DNA from: a candidate division WOR-3 bacterium
GTDB lineage: Bacteria; Hydrothermota; Tepidihabitantia; SM23-42; JAOAFX01
Length of the DNA stretch: 64,000 nucleotides
Reading direction: 5' to 3'
Assembly (NCBI GenBank): GCA_037443805.1
Contig: JBBINQ010000005.1
Coordinates: forward strand, 9,607-73,606
Made by a program: the position numbers and the translations under genes. The notes beneath the pieces were generated by a model, which did no database searches, was not told where the DNA came from, and saw only the letters and a program-made list of their open reading frames with translations. This document shows, piece by piece, positions 39,094-47,950 of this stretch. Positions within the stretch are counted from its first letter, which is position 1; each line of letters opens with the position of its first letter.

Positions 39094-40535
39094 ATGTATA
39101 TTTTTTAATACCACCATCAGGTAATAAGAAACTTGTTCCGGAAAGGGTCTTTGGTTGTAGCTATGGTCTGTATCCAATCCCGAATATTTTTATCCTGACA
39201 TTTGCCAGCATATTAAGAGATGCAGGTCATCAGGTTGAAATCATTGATGCACCGATTATGCAAATGGGCTTAAAAAAATTTTATAATTATCTATCAACCA
39301 GGACCGATTGCTGCTTTATATTTTACAGTGTTAATCTCTCAACCGCGAATGATAATAATAGTGCGAGAATACTTAGAAGCCAGGCTCCTGAAGCGCCGAT
39401 AATCTTCTGTGGCCCTGCGCCAACCTATCAGCCAGAAAGATTCATTTTTGATAAAAAGACTTTTGTTGCACGGGGTGAGGCAGATTGGACGCTTCGGGAA
39501 CTGGTTTCCTATCTTGCCGGGAACTCTCAGAATTCTTTGGATGCGATTAAGGGTATTTCTTATTTTCGTAAAGGTATAGTCATTGATAATCCAATGCGGG
39601 AATTGATAAAGGATTTGGATGAACTTCCATTCCCGGCACGGGATTTGCTCGCGCGCGATAAATACTACAATCCTAAATTAAAAGAACGCCCATTTACCGC
39701 AATGTTAACTTCTCGTGGTTGTCCATATCAATGTTCTTTCTGCGTTCCCTGTTCCCTCAACTTTGCAAGGAAGATAGAATTTCAGAAGTGTTATGGAACC
39801 GATAAAATTCCTCCAGTAGCATTTGCATCGCCGGCTCGGGTTATCTCAGAATTTGAATTACTCAAAAAACAAGGATACAGAACAGTGAGCATTATTGATG
39901 ATGAATTTTTGTTGAAACCGGAAAGAGTAATGGAAATTTGTAATGGGATAAAAAAACTGGGTATAAAATGGGGCTGCCTGGCAAGGGCAGACCACCTGAA
40001 TAATGAAGACCTCATTCAAACGATGGCTGAGGCAGGCTGCCAGTATATAGATATTGGTGTAGAATCATTCAATCAAAGGATTCTTGATGATGTAAAAAAG
40101 AAACTTGATGTATCTGTTATCCCCAGGGCAGTGCAATTATTAAAAAAACATAGGATTGAGCCAAAACTGAATATCCTTGTCGCTGCATCGCCTCTGGAAA
40201 CAGAACAGACAATAAAAGAGACAATAAACAGAGCATTTTCATTGAAGCCAGGGCTCATAATGTTAAATATCTGCACGCCTTTTCCCGGGACTGAACTTTA
40301 TAATCAAGCATTAAAAAACCATTGGTTTGTGGAGAAAGACTATTATCCAGCCGATGTTCAAAAGGAATCAGTCATTCAGTATCCCCATTTAAAGAAAGAA
40401 ACAATAGAAAAGATTGTGGCCCAGGCAAACAGAAAATTTTTTTCCCAGCCATATTTTATCCTTGCTCACTTAAAATTGGGTTTGAATTTTAAAAATATGG
40501 TTAATGCCCTGAAAAGTCTTTTAAAAAAATTTTAA
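39090..40535 (+). CDS. Cobalamin-binding-domain radical SAM protein
   Basis: B12-binding N-terminus (VEIIDA, CGPAPT, RGEAD), TSRGCPYQCSFC, IIDDEF, IGVES, PFPGTEL. Confidence 0.88.
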   Translation: MNVYFLIPPSGNKKLVPERVFGCSYGLYPIPNIFILTFASILRDAGHQVEIIDAPIMQMGLKKFYNYLSTRTDCCFIFYSVNLSTANDNNSARILRSQAPEAPIIFCGPAPTYQPERFIFDKKTFVARGEADWTLRELVSYLAGNSQNSLDAIKGISYFRKGIVIDNPMRELIKDLDELPFPARDLLARDKYYNPKLKERPFTAMLTSRGCPYQCSFCVPCSLNFARKIEFQKCYGTDKIPPVAFASPARVISEFELLKKQGYRTVSIIDDEFLLKPERVMEICNGIKKLGIKWGCLARADHLNNEDLIQTMAEAGCQYIDIGVESFNQRILDDVKKKLDVSVIPRAVQLLKKHRIEPKLNILVAASPLETEQTIKETINRAFSLKPGLIMLNICTPFPGTELYNQALKNHWFVEKDYYPADVQKESVIQYPHLKKETIEKIVAQANRKFFSQPYFILAHLKLGLNFKNMVNALKSLLKKF

Positions 40536-40545
40536 GATTTGCATC

Positions 40546-40573
40546 TTGACATTGTAATTATTTTAGATAAAAT
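40546..40573 (+). promoter_or_regulatory. Promoter for DUF6754 operon (TTGACA-N16-TAAAAT), probably leaderless
   Basis: ATG 40580 lies 6 nt downstream; no SD. Confidence 0.65.
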
Positions 40574-40579
40574 TATAAA

Positions 40580-41662
40580 ATGTTTTTATTACTCTTCATT
40601 ATTAATATATATGCGATAGATTTACGGGCATTTGACACACCAAATGATGATGGTTCAGGTATTACTATTAATTGGCAAACTTACCAGAATTATCAAACCT
40701 TTGCTATCTACAGAAGCACTGAACCATCGGGCATTTTTGAAAAGATTGGTGAAGTGGAGGGTTCAGAAAATAGATTCCTGGATACAAATATTAAAACAGG
40801 ACAGGAATATTATTATAAATTAAATGCAAGGCAGGACACGCTTATAGATTCTTCCCGGGTGGTTGGACCAATAAAGTCTCAGGTGCAGTATTTTAATACT
40901 GCACGCCTTCCTATGGCAATCTGCATAATTATACTTTTTGCTGCCATTCTTTTTTATATCAGTCAGGCGAAAAAAAGGGGAAGATTGTTTATCAGAAAGA
41001 TTCCTGCACTCAATGCAGTTGAAGAGGCGATTGGCAGGGCAACAGAGATGGGCAAGCCCGTGCTTTATGTTCCGGGCATAATGGATATTGACGACCCTCA
41101 GACCATTGCCTCAATGAGTATCCTTTCAAGGGTTGCAGAAAAGACTGCAGAATATGGCACACCGCTCTATGTTCCAACGAGTCGCTCAATGGCTATGACC
41201 ATGGCGCAACAGGTGGTCAAAGAGGCAGCAACCAGGGTAGGCCGTCCTGACTGGTATAATATTGATAATATCCGATATATTACGGATGACCAGTTTGCCT
41301 ATGTATCTGCAGTTGATGGTATTATGGTGCGGGAAAAACCAGCGACGAATCTTTATTTAGGAACATTTTATGCAGAGTCATTAATTCTTGCGGAAACCGG
41401 TCATTCTACAGGTGCAATTCAGATTGCAGGCACTGCAATGCCTGACCAGTTGCCATTCTTTGTTGCAGCGTGTGATTATACACTTTTAGGTGAAGAACTA
41501 TATGCAGCAAGTGCCTATCTCTCACAAGAACCAGTCCAGTTAGGCTCACTAAAAGGCCAGGACCTCGGCAAGTTGATCTTTATTGGTGTGATCATTATTG
41601 GTGTGCTATGCCAGATTTTTTCCTATCAGTTTTTCATTAACCTTTTTAATACGATAGAATGA
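40580..41662 (+). CDS. FN3 + DUF6754-domain membrane protein
   Basis: Signal-like N-terminus, FN3 (DTPNDDGSGITINW...YYYKL), TM, then GRATEMGKPV, QIAGT, FFVAACDYTLLGEELYAASAYLS, C-terminal TM. DUF name from recall. Confidence 0.72.
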   Translation: MFLLLFIINIYAIDLRAFDTPNDDGSGITINWQTYQNYQTFAIYRSTEPSGIFEKIGEVEGSENRFLDTNIKTGQEYYYKLNARQDTLIDSSRVVGPIKSQVQYFNTARLPMAICIIILFAAILFYISQAKKRGRLFIRKIPALNAVEEAIGRATEMGKPVLYVPGIMDIDDPQTIASMSILSRVAEKTAEYGTPLYVPTSRSMAMTMAQQVVKEAATRVGRPDWYNIDNIRYITDDQFAYVSAVDGIMVREKPATNLYLGTFYAESLILAETGHSTGAIQIAGTAMPDQLPFFVAACDYTLLGEELYAASAYLSQEPVQLGSLKGQDLGKLIFIGVIIIGVLCQIFSYQFFINLFNTIE

Positions 41663-42282
41663 AGACGATAATACCTTTAATAATTGTTTTTGCATGTGGA
41701 TTTTATATGTTAATTACATTTTTTATTCCAGCACGATTTGCCCAAGCCAGTTCTCAAACACTCCAGAATTGGTATCTGGGTGTTATAGCATTTTTTGTAT
41801 TTATTGGTATATTTAATCTTATTAGAATCAATGTGGATAAAATTCAGCGGCGTTTAAGAGATTGGCAATACAGTTTTATTTTATTGTTTTTTTTGGGAGT
41901 GATGTTAGGAGCAGGATTTATTGGTGGTAGAGATTCACGGATATTTTTATATTTCTTTGAAAATTTTCAGGTGCCGCTGGGCGCCACTATGTTTTCTCTC
42001 TTGGCATTCTTTGTTGCCTCGGCGTCATTCCGTGCATTCCGTGCGAAAACACCAGAGGCGACATTGTTGTTGATCGCGGCAGTGGTCGTGATGATTGGCA
42101 GGATCCCTATTGGTTATTTAATATGGCACGGTTTTCCTGACCTGGTAGAATGGATTATGCAGGTTCCGAATACTGCAGCAAAGCGTGGCATTCTCTTCGG
42201 TATTGATTTAGGGCTGATCTCTATGGCATTGCGCGTGCTCCTGGGTATTGAAAGAAGTTATATGGGAGGAGCCCGTGAATAA
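41659..42282 (+). CDS. Polytopic membrane protein (about 6 TM), subunit of DUF6754 cluster
   Basis: ATMFSLLAFFVASASFRAFRA, PNTAAKRGILFG, RVLLGIER; ATGA overlap with the upstream gene. Confidence 0.75.
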   Translation: MKTIIPLIIVFACGFYMLITFFIPARFAQASSQTLQNWYLGVIAFFVFIGIFNLIRINVDKIQRRLRDWQYSFILLFFLGVMLGAGFIGGRDSRIFLYFFENFQVPLGATMFSLLAFFVASASFRAFRAKTPEATLLLIAAVVVMIGRIPIGYLIWHGFPDLVEWIMQVPNTAAKRGILFGIDLGLISMALRVLLGIERSYMGGARE

Positions 42283-42303
42283 AATATTTATCAGGGTTAT
42301 TAT

Positions 42304-43125
42304 ATGAATCTTATTGAACGCTTGAGCAAATTAGATAGAAGGATTATTTTTCTGCTTGTCGCACTGGCAGTCATTATCCCGATGCTTGTGCCACTTAATC
42401 TACCTGTGGATATTACAAAACCAGTAAAAAATGTCTATCAAAAGATTGAATCTCTACCTGAAGGTTCAGTAGTGCTCATTTCTACAGATTATGACCCGGG
42501 TAGTGAGGCAGAACTCTATCCAGCGACCGAGGCAGTGATTGAACATTGTTTTCACAAGAATTTAAAGATATATATGATGGGTCTATGGCCAGCTGGCAGT
42601 GAATTGGGTAATGTGGCTTTAAATCAGATTGCCCAAATATATAATAAAAAATATGGTGAGGATTATATAAATGTGGGTTATCGGCCGGGTGGTGCAATTA
42701 TGCTCTTGAGTTTAGGCCGTAATTTTGCTGATGTAATAAAGGTTGATTATCAGGGTGTCCCTATTGATTCATTCCCCTTAGGAAAGAAAGTAAAATCGGC
42801 AAAAGATCTGGGCCTGGTTATGACCTTTTCTGCTGGAGACCCTGGTATATTACACTGGATAATCTATTTCCATGCCCGCTATGGTATTCCAATCTGCGGT
42901 GCGACCACTGCAATTATGGCACCGCAACAGTATGCATATTTAAGTTCTGGACAGCTGGTTGGACTTTTAGGTGGACTAAAGGGTGCAGCAGAATATGAGA
43001 CCCTTGTGAATAAAAAGGGCAGGGGGTTAAGGGGAATGGATGCACAGTCTATTGTTCATCTTCTGCTTGTCGGATTCATTGTTCTTGGTAATGTGATACT
43101 GGTCTATCAGCGGAGGAAAAAATGA
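42304..43125 (+). CDS. Membrane-anchored alpha/beta-domain protein (DUF6754-related)
   Basis: N- and C-terminal TMs, DYDPGSEAELYP, YGEDYINVGY, GQLVGLLGGLKGAAEYE. Confidence 0.7.
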   Translation: MNLIERLSKLDRRIIFLLVALAVIIPMLVPLNLPVDITKPVKNVYQKIESLPEGSVVLISTDYDPGSEAELYPATEAVIEHCFHKNLKIYMMGLWPAGSELGNVALNQIAQIYNKKYGEDYINVGYRPGGAIMLLSLGRNFADVIKVDYQGVPIDSFPLGKKVKSAKDLGLVMTFSAGDPGILHWIIYFHARYGIPICGATTAIMAPQQYAYLSSGQLVGLLGGLKGAAEYETLVNKKGRGLRGMDAQSIVHLLLVGFIVLGNVILVYQRRKK

Positions 43126-43739
43126 TAAATACCTTAGGAATATGGATTGCCGCAGTCTTAACCCTTGCCATATACTCATTCTTGTATAAGGATAATCCAT
43201 TCTATAAAATTGCGGAAAATATCTTTGTTGGTGTCTCTGCTGGCTATTGGGCAGTTGTTCTATGGTTTGATTTTGCCTGGCCCAATTTATTTGAGCCTCT
43301 GTTCTACCGGGGCCAGTGGTATAATATCTTTCCTGTATTTATTGGACTTTTGATGTTTGCACCACTCATTCCCAAAATCTCCTGGATGATACGCATTCCC
43401 CTGACATTCACGATGGGCATTTCTATGGCTGTCTTTATAACTCAGATTGTTCAGGGTGACATCTTTCCCCAGTTGCAGGCAACATTCTTGCCTCTAAAAG
43501 ATGTCCCTGCTTTTACTATATTTTCCAATCTTTTGATTATCATTGGTGTAATCTTCACGCTTATCTATTTCTATTTTTCTAAAGAGCACAAAGGACCATT
43601 AGGTATTTTTGCCAGGATTGGTATCTGGTTTATGATGGTTTCATTCGGTGCTTCGTTCGGATACACAATTATGGCTCGTGTATCACTATTTATCGGTAGG
43701 GTATATTTTTTGCTACATAACTGGTTGGGAGTGATATAG
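43122..43739 (+). CDS. Polytopic membrane protein (about 6 TM), subunit of DUF6754 cluster
   Basis: SFLYKDNPFYKIAENIFVGVSAGY, YFYFSKEHKG, FGASFGYTIMAR. Confidence 0.75.
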   Translation: MINTLGIWIAAVLTLAIYSFLYKDNPFYKIAENIFVGVSAGYWAVVLWFDFAWPNLFEPLFYRGQWYNIFPVFIGLLMFAPLIPKISWMIRIPLTFTMGISMAVFITQIVQGDIFPQLQATFLPLKDVPAFTIFSNLLIIIGVIFTLIYFYFSKEHKGPLGIFARIGIWFMMVSFGASFGYTIMARVSLFIGRVYFLLHNWLGVI

Positions 43740-44576
43740 ATGGCTGATTTTGAGATTAATTTAAAGGAATTTAATCTTTCTGATATACTACAATTTCTTA
43801 CTTACTTGAAAAAAAGCGGTGTGGTCAGAGTAAGCGGTGAATTGAATGGTGAGATATATCTAAGAGATGGCAATATTGTGCATGCAACCGATGGCACAGA
43901 AAAAGGATTTGAATCATTGCTCAATCTTTCCCTGGTCAATCTTGAACGGGCAGTTTTTGAAGCAGGAATAAAGGCGACCGAACACACAATTTCTGAGGAT
44001 GTGGGAAAATTGACCGAAACTATTGAAAGGCGAAGGATTGAATTTGAGCAGATTAAGGAACATTTGCCACCACGCGATGCAGTGCTTGCAAAATCAACAA
44101 AAGAATTACCGAGTGCGGTTGCCCTGCGCCGAACTGACTGGCAGGTTCTGGCAATGGTTGATGGCAAAAGGACCATTAATGAAATTATTGCCCAGTCAAA
44201 ATTGGGTGGATATGAAACCATAAAGACCATTATCTGGCTAAAAGAACAAGGTTTGATTTACGACCCGAGGGAAGCAGAGAGATTAATGGCTGGTTTGATT
44301 CATTATTTAAATGCATTTTTTAAAATTTTTGGCAAACATGGTTTGAATTGGTTCAGAAGATGGTGCGAGCAAAATTCGCAAGAACAAGCATTGAGCTCGG
44401 CACTGAAGGTAAATGAAGATACCTTTGAGATTGTTGTGCAGAATCCAATGTCCCAGGAGCAGATTGATGAGTTCAGAAAAAAGTTTGATAAGTTTATTGA
44501 TACAGAAGGTCCTCTGGTCTATGGAAAATTACTGTTCAAGAAAAAACTTGAAGAGTTCCGTGCCGAATTGAAATAG
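43740..44576 (+). CDS. DUF4388 (PATAN-like) + winged-helix domain protein
   Basis: FEINLKEFNLSDILQFL..LKKSGVVRV..GEIYLRDGNIVHA; wHTH-like DWQVLAMVDGKRTINEII...LKEQGLI; ATG directly follows the upstream TAG. Confidence 0.78.
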   Translation: MADFEINLKEFNLSDILQFLTYLKKSGVVRVSGELNGEIYLRDGNIVHATDGTEKGFESLLNLSLVNLERAVFEAGIKATEHTISEDVGKLTETIERRRIEFEQIKEHLPPRDAVLAKSTKELPSAVALRRTDWQVLAMVDGKRTINEIIAQSKLGGYETIKTIIWLKEQGLIYDPREAERLMAGLIHYLNAFFKIFGKHGLNWFRRWCEQNSQEQALSSALKVNEDTFEIVVQNPMSQEQIDEFRKKFDKFIDTEGPLVYGKLLFKKKLEEFRAELK

Positions 44577-44589
44577 AAAGGAGTGGTGA

Positions 44590-45375
44590 ATGGAGATATT
44601 GGATAAGATACCAGGCGTAATAAATTATGCTGTGGTCAATGCCGAGGATGGCTCAATTGAGAAGATAAAAGGTTCGTCAACTTCACCGATTGGTGACCTC
44701 ACTGCATTCTTCTCCTCGGCAGCAGAGGTGATAAAAAATACGCTGGGACTGGGTGAAATAAATTTTGTATCACTCTGTTACGGCGCAAATCGTTTGATAA
44801 TATTTATTCATAATAATAAGTATCTTGGTATTGAAGTAGAGCGAGAGGCAAAACCCTCTGAGGTGATTGAAAAGATAAAGGCTCAGTTGTCTTTGATTGG
44901 AGAAGAGAAAAAAGAGGTGGTGATAGAAGAGAAAAAGGAAGAAGTAGAAGAAAAGGTCGTGGAAAAAGAAGAGCGACCAGAGGTTCAGGTTGTTGAGGAG
45001 AAAGTAGTTGAAGAGGTTAAACCAGCCCCGGCTCCAGTCAAAGAAGAGATTAAATTACCAAGGAGCATCGGTTCAAAATTGATGCAGATAAATCTGTTGA
45101 TTGATGAATTTGGAAGCGGTGGTAAAAAGGCACACTGGCTTGATATTCTAAATCAAGGTCTGGGCGTAATTGCCACAGATATTCTGCCCATTGTTGGTAT
45201 CATTGGTGAAAAAATGGAATTCAAACAGAATCCACCTCTGGAAAAAGAAGATGACATTGTTCAGATACTGAGAACACTGATTGATTTTCTGGTCAAAAAA
45301 GCAGTGGAAGAAATAGGTTCTTCTCAGGCACGGGTAAAAGTTCAGGCAGTCATTGAAAAGATGAAACAATTGTGA
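44590..45375 (+). CDS. Roadblock/LC7-like domain + E/K/V-rich linker + C-terminal helical domain
   Basis: About 100-aa alpha-beta domain (KIPGVINYAVVNAEDG...LIIFIHNNKYLGIEV), low-complexity linker EEKKEVVIEEKKEEVEEKVVEKEE. Confidence 0.6.
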   Translation: MEILDKIPGVINYAVVNAEDGSIEKIKGSSTSPIGDLTAFFSSAAEVIKNTLGLGEINFVSLCYGANRLIIFIHNNKYLGIEVEREAKPSEVIEKIKAQLSLIGEEKKEVVIEEKKEEVEEKVVEKEERPEVQVVEEKVVEEVKPAPAPVKEEIKLPRSIGSKLMQINLLIDEFGSGGKKAHWLDILNQGLGVIATDILPIVGIIGEKMEFKQNPPLEKEDDIVQILRTLIDFLVKKAVEEIGSSQARVKVQAVIEKMKQL

Positions 45376-45379
45376 GGGG

Positions 45380-45976
45380 GTGAATGCTATGAATGAAGAA
45401 ATATTGAATAAGATTGAGGAGCGTGGTCTGGGTCTACCTTTTGTTGTAAAAAAAGATGGCGAGACCATTACTTCGCATAGTGGAGAAACAAATAAAGCAA
45501 AGTTTTCTCAAACTGGCACTGTTCTATTTGAATCTATTGGCGCAGTGGGTGGAATAAAGATTGATGTCATTGAAATTGTAGGAAGTAATCAGAGCCTGCT
45601 CTGCGATATTTCTGAAGAAGAGTTGATCGGGCACATCTATGCGACATCCCAGATGTCCATACTTGATAATATCTGGAATGCGATAAAAGATATAAGGGCA
45701 AAACAAAAAGAAGAGGTTGTTGAAGTAGAGAAACCCAAAGAGAAATTTGCACCTGAATTTCTTGAGCAATTGAAGGCGATTGTCCAGGATTATCTTGGTG
45801 ATTTTACAGAAAGGGTTTATCAGAATCAACTCAAAGCACAGCGCATAAAGATTGAAGAACTTTATGAAGAGGATCTGAGAAGGTTCATCTTTGCACTTGG
45901 CAAGGCAGCGGGAATGATTATTGGTCCGACAAAAGGTAAGGATTTGACCAACAAACTTCTTGCAAAATTAAAATGA
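45380..45976 (+). CDS. Roadblock/LC7-like domain + helical C-terminal domain
   Basis: Beta-hairpin/helix pattern FVVKKDGETIT...VLFESIGAVG...IEIVGSNQSLL; start could be 45389. Confidence 0.5.
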   Translation: MNAMNEEILNKIEERGLGLPFVVKKDGETITSHSGETNKAKFSQTGTVLFESIGAVGGIKIDVIEIVGSNQSLLCDISEEELIGHIYATSQMSILDNIWNAIKDIRAKQKEEVVEVEKPKEKFAPEFLEQLKAIVQDYLGDFTERVYQNQLKAQRIKIEELYEEDLRRFIFALGKAAGMIIGPTKGKDLTNKLLAKLK

Positions 45977-46074
45977 TAAGATATAATCAGTATCAGAGAT
46001 GGAAATTTGAAATCTGGAATCTCATTAGAATTTCTATAACCGGATTTGGAACTTAAAAAAATATAGGAGGTTCT

Positions 46075-46443
46075 ATGTCCTTAATATTATTTTCTGCACC
46101 ATTCGGGATAGAAGAGTCAACCTATCAGGCACTGGCAATAATCCCGAACTATGTGCTGGTAGTTGGTGCAATTTTATTATGGCTCGCCTTCATTTTTTTG
46201 GGAATCATTGCGCGCCGTTATGAAATTGTGCTCGGTGAAAAGACCAACTGGCAGTTTATGGTTATTGCACCCACAGGTATTTTGCTCTTTGCTTTGATCC
46301 AATTGATATTTTGCGGAATAGGCGGCAAGATGATGTTGCCCAAAGGCGGTATAAATTATCTTGCATATGGCTTATTCTTTCTCTCAGGAATTCTCTCGGT
46401 TGTGGCAAACTTAAAATTTTATGGAGTCACTAAGGGAAAATAG
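46075..46443 (+). CDS. Small 3-TM membrane protein
   Basis: SD AGGAGG; three hydrophobic helices; LGIIARRYEIVLGEKTNWQF. Confidence 0.72.
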   Translation: MSLILFSAPFGIEESTYQALAIIPNYVLVVGAILLWLAFIFLGIIARRYEIVLGEKTNWQFMVIAPTGILLFALIQLIFCGIGGKMMLPKGGINYLAYGLFFLSGILSVVANLKFYGVTKGK

Positions 46444-46452
46444 GGAGGTTTT

Positions 46453-46803
46453 ATGAGGGCAGATTTAATTGCGGAAATTATTTTTATTGTGGCAATATTG
46501 CTTGCCATTATTTCGCTTATCATCTTCGGCCTTATCTTGAAGAGGCTCCTCAATTTAATAGGTGGAAAGGGCATCTGGGTCTTTCCTTTGATTGGCTGTC
46601 TATTTCTGGTCGCAATGGCGGTATTCCATTTATATCGTATTATCTTCTACTTTCCGCTCTTGAGCGTTGCTGGTCCAGGCGACCTTTTTGATTTAATCAT
46701 TGGTTCTCTTGCCCTTGCTCGGTATGAAAGTTTTCTCTTTCTTGGTGCCGGTCTTTTCCCATTGATTGGTGGGATACTTTATTATAGTGCAAGTTCAAAA
46801 TGA
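46453..46803 (+). CDS. Small 3-TM membrane protein, probable paralog of 46075-46443
   Basis: SD GGGAGG; FGLILKRLLNLIGGKGIWVF aligns by eye with the neighbour. Confidence 0.72.
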   Translation: MRADLIAEIIFIVAILLAIISLIIFGLILKRLLNLIGGKGIWVFPLIGCLFLVAMAVFHLYRIIFYFPLLSVAGPGDLFDLIIGSLALARYESFLFLGAGLFPLIGGILYYSASSK

Positions 46804-46806
46804 CCC

Positions 46807-46834
46807 TTGACATTTTCCATAAAATAATTATAAT
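46807..46834 (+). promoter_or_regulatory. exbB operon promoter (TTGACA-N16-TATAAT)
   Basis: Both hexamers perfect; SD AAAGGAGG before ATG 46862. Confidence 0.8.
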
Positions 46835-46861
46835 GTAGGGTATAGAAAGGAGGCTTATTCT

Positions 46862-47485
46862 ATGATCAGGGAATTTTCTATTGGCGGTGGTGTGATGTGG
46901 TTGTTATTGATTTGTATCATTTTAGCATTGGGCATTGTTCTTGAGCGTCTTTTTTCTCTTTTAATAAAAATAAGACTGAATCCAAAGAGTTTTTTGGAGA
47001 AACTTATTTCAACGATTGATGCCCAGGGTCTTGATGCAGGTATAGCTTTATGTGACCAGACAGCTTCACCCGCAGCAAAGATTGCCAAAGTGATATTAGA
47101 AAAAGGAGATAAAGGCAAGGATGCAATGGAAGAGGTGGCGGCGCGTGCTGCCGCAATTGAACTCGCTTTTTTAGATAGAGGAATGGCGCTACTGGCGGGT
47201 TTGACCACGGTTGCCCCATTTCTTGGATTCTTAGGAACAGTAACAGGTATGATTCGTGCATTTGCAGCAATTGCTATGGCAGGCGAGGTTGAGCCTACAA
47301 TTGTTGCCAGTGGTATTTCTGAGGCATTGATCACAACCAAATGGGGTTTGATCATTGCAACTCCACTCGCTATTCTCCATATTCTCTTTACGGGTAAAGT
47401 GGATGGGTATACAAAAGATATGGAAGAAGTTGCTGCGGGTTTGATTGATTATATGATTGAGCATTATCCCAAAAGGAAAAAATAG
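46862..47485 (+). CDS. exbB: MotA/TolQ/ExbB proton channel protein
   Basis: APFLGFLGTVTGMIRAF, GISEALITTKWGLIIA. Confidence 0.92.
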   Translation: MIREFSIGGGVMWLLLICIILALGIVLERLFSLLIKIRLNPKSFLEKLISTIDAQGLDAGIALCDQTASPAAKIAKVILEKGDKGKDAMEEVAARAAAIELAFLDRGMALLAGLTTVAPFLGFLGTVTGMIRAFAAIAMAGEVEPTIVASGISEALITTKWGLIIATPLAILHILFTGKVDGYTKDMEEVAAGLIDYMIEHYPKRKK

Positions 47486-47950
47486 ATGGAATTGAGGCAA
47501 AAGAAAAAATATCAAGCCGCTATTCCTACTGCCTCAATGGGTGATATTGCATTTTTGATCATCATTTTCTTTATGACCACAACTGTTTTTACCAGGGAAA
47601 AAGGTATCAAGATGCTTCTACCTGAAAAAACCGAGACTGAGACCAAGGTCAAACCAGAGAATGTTGTTTCAATTCTGATAAATCCTGAAGGTGCATTAAA
47701 ACTGAGGGCAACGGGTTATGATGGAATTGACATATCTCCCCAGCAATATAGTGAAGTGCGAAGAATCGTTGAAGAAAAGCTCTTAGAAAGGGATACTTTA
47801 CTCGTAGTCTCCTTGAAAACGAGTAAAGATGCCCAATACCAGGCAATGATAGGAGTGCTTGACCAGATAAAGCTCGCAAAAGTGGTCACCCAGGATGGCA
47901 GAGAATTAAAGGCAAATAAAATAAGTCTTATCCCAACGAGTGAGGAATAA
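47486..47950 (+). CDS. exbD: ExbD/TolR family protein
   Basis: IPTASMGDIAFLIIIFFMTTTVF with conserved Asp. Confidence 0.9.
   Translation: MELRQKKKYQAAIPTASMGDIAFLIIIFFMTTTVFTREKGIKMLLPEKTETETKVKPENVVSILINPEGALKLRATGYDGIDISPQQYSEVRRIVEEKLLERDTLLVVSLKTSKDAQYQAMIGVLDQIKLAKVVTQDGRELKANKISLIPTSEE

Noticed and set aside
46000-46022. Degenerate heptamer run TGGAAAT TTGAAAT CTGGAAT
   Set aside because: Only three imperfect units in AT-rich DNA; could be chance.
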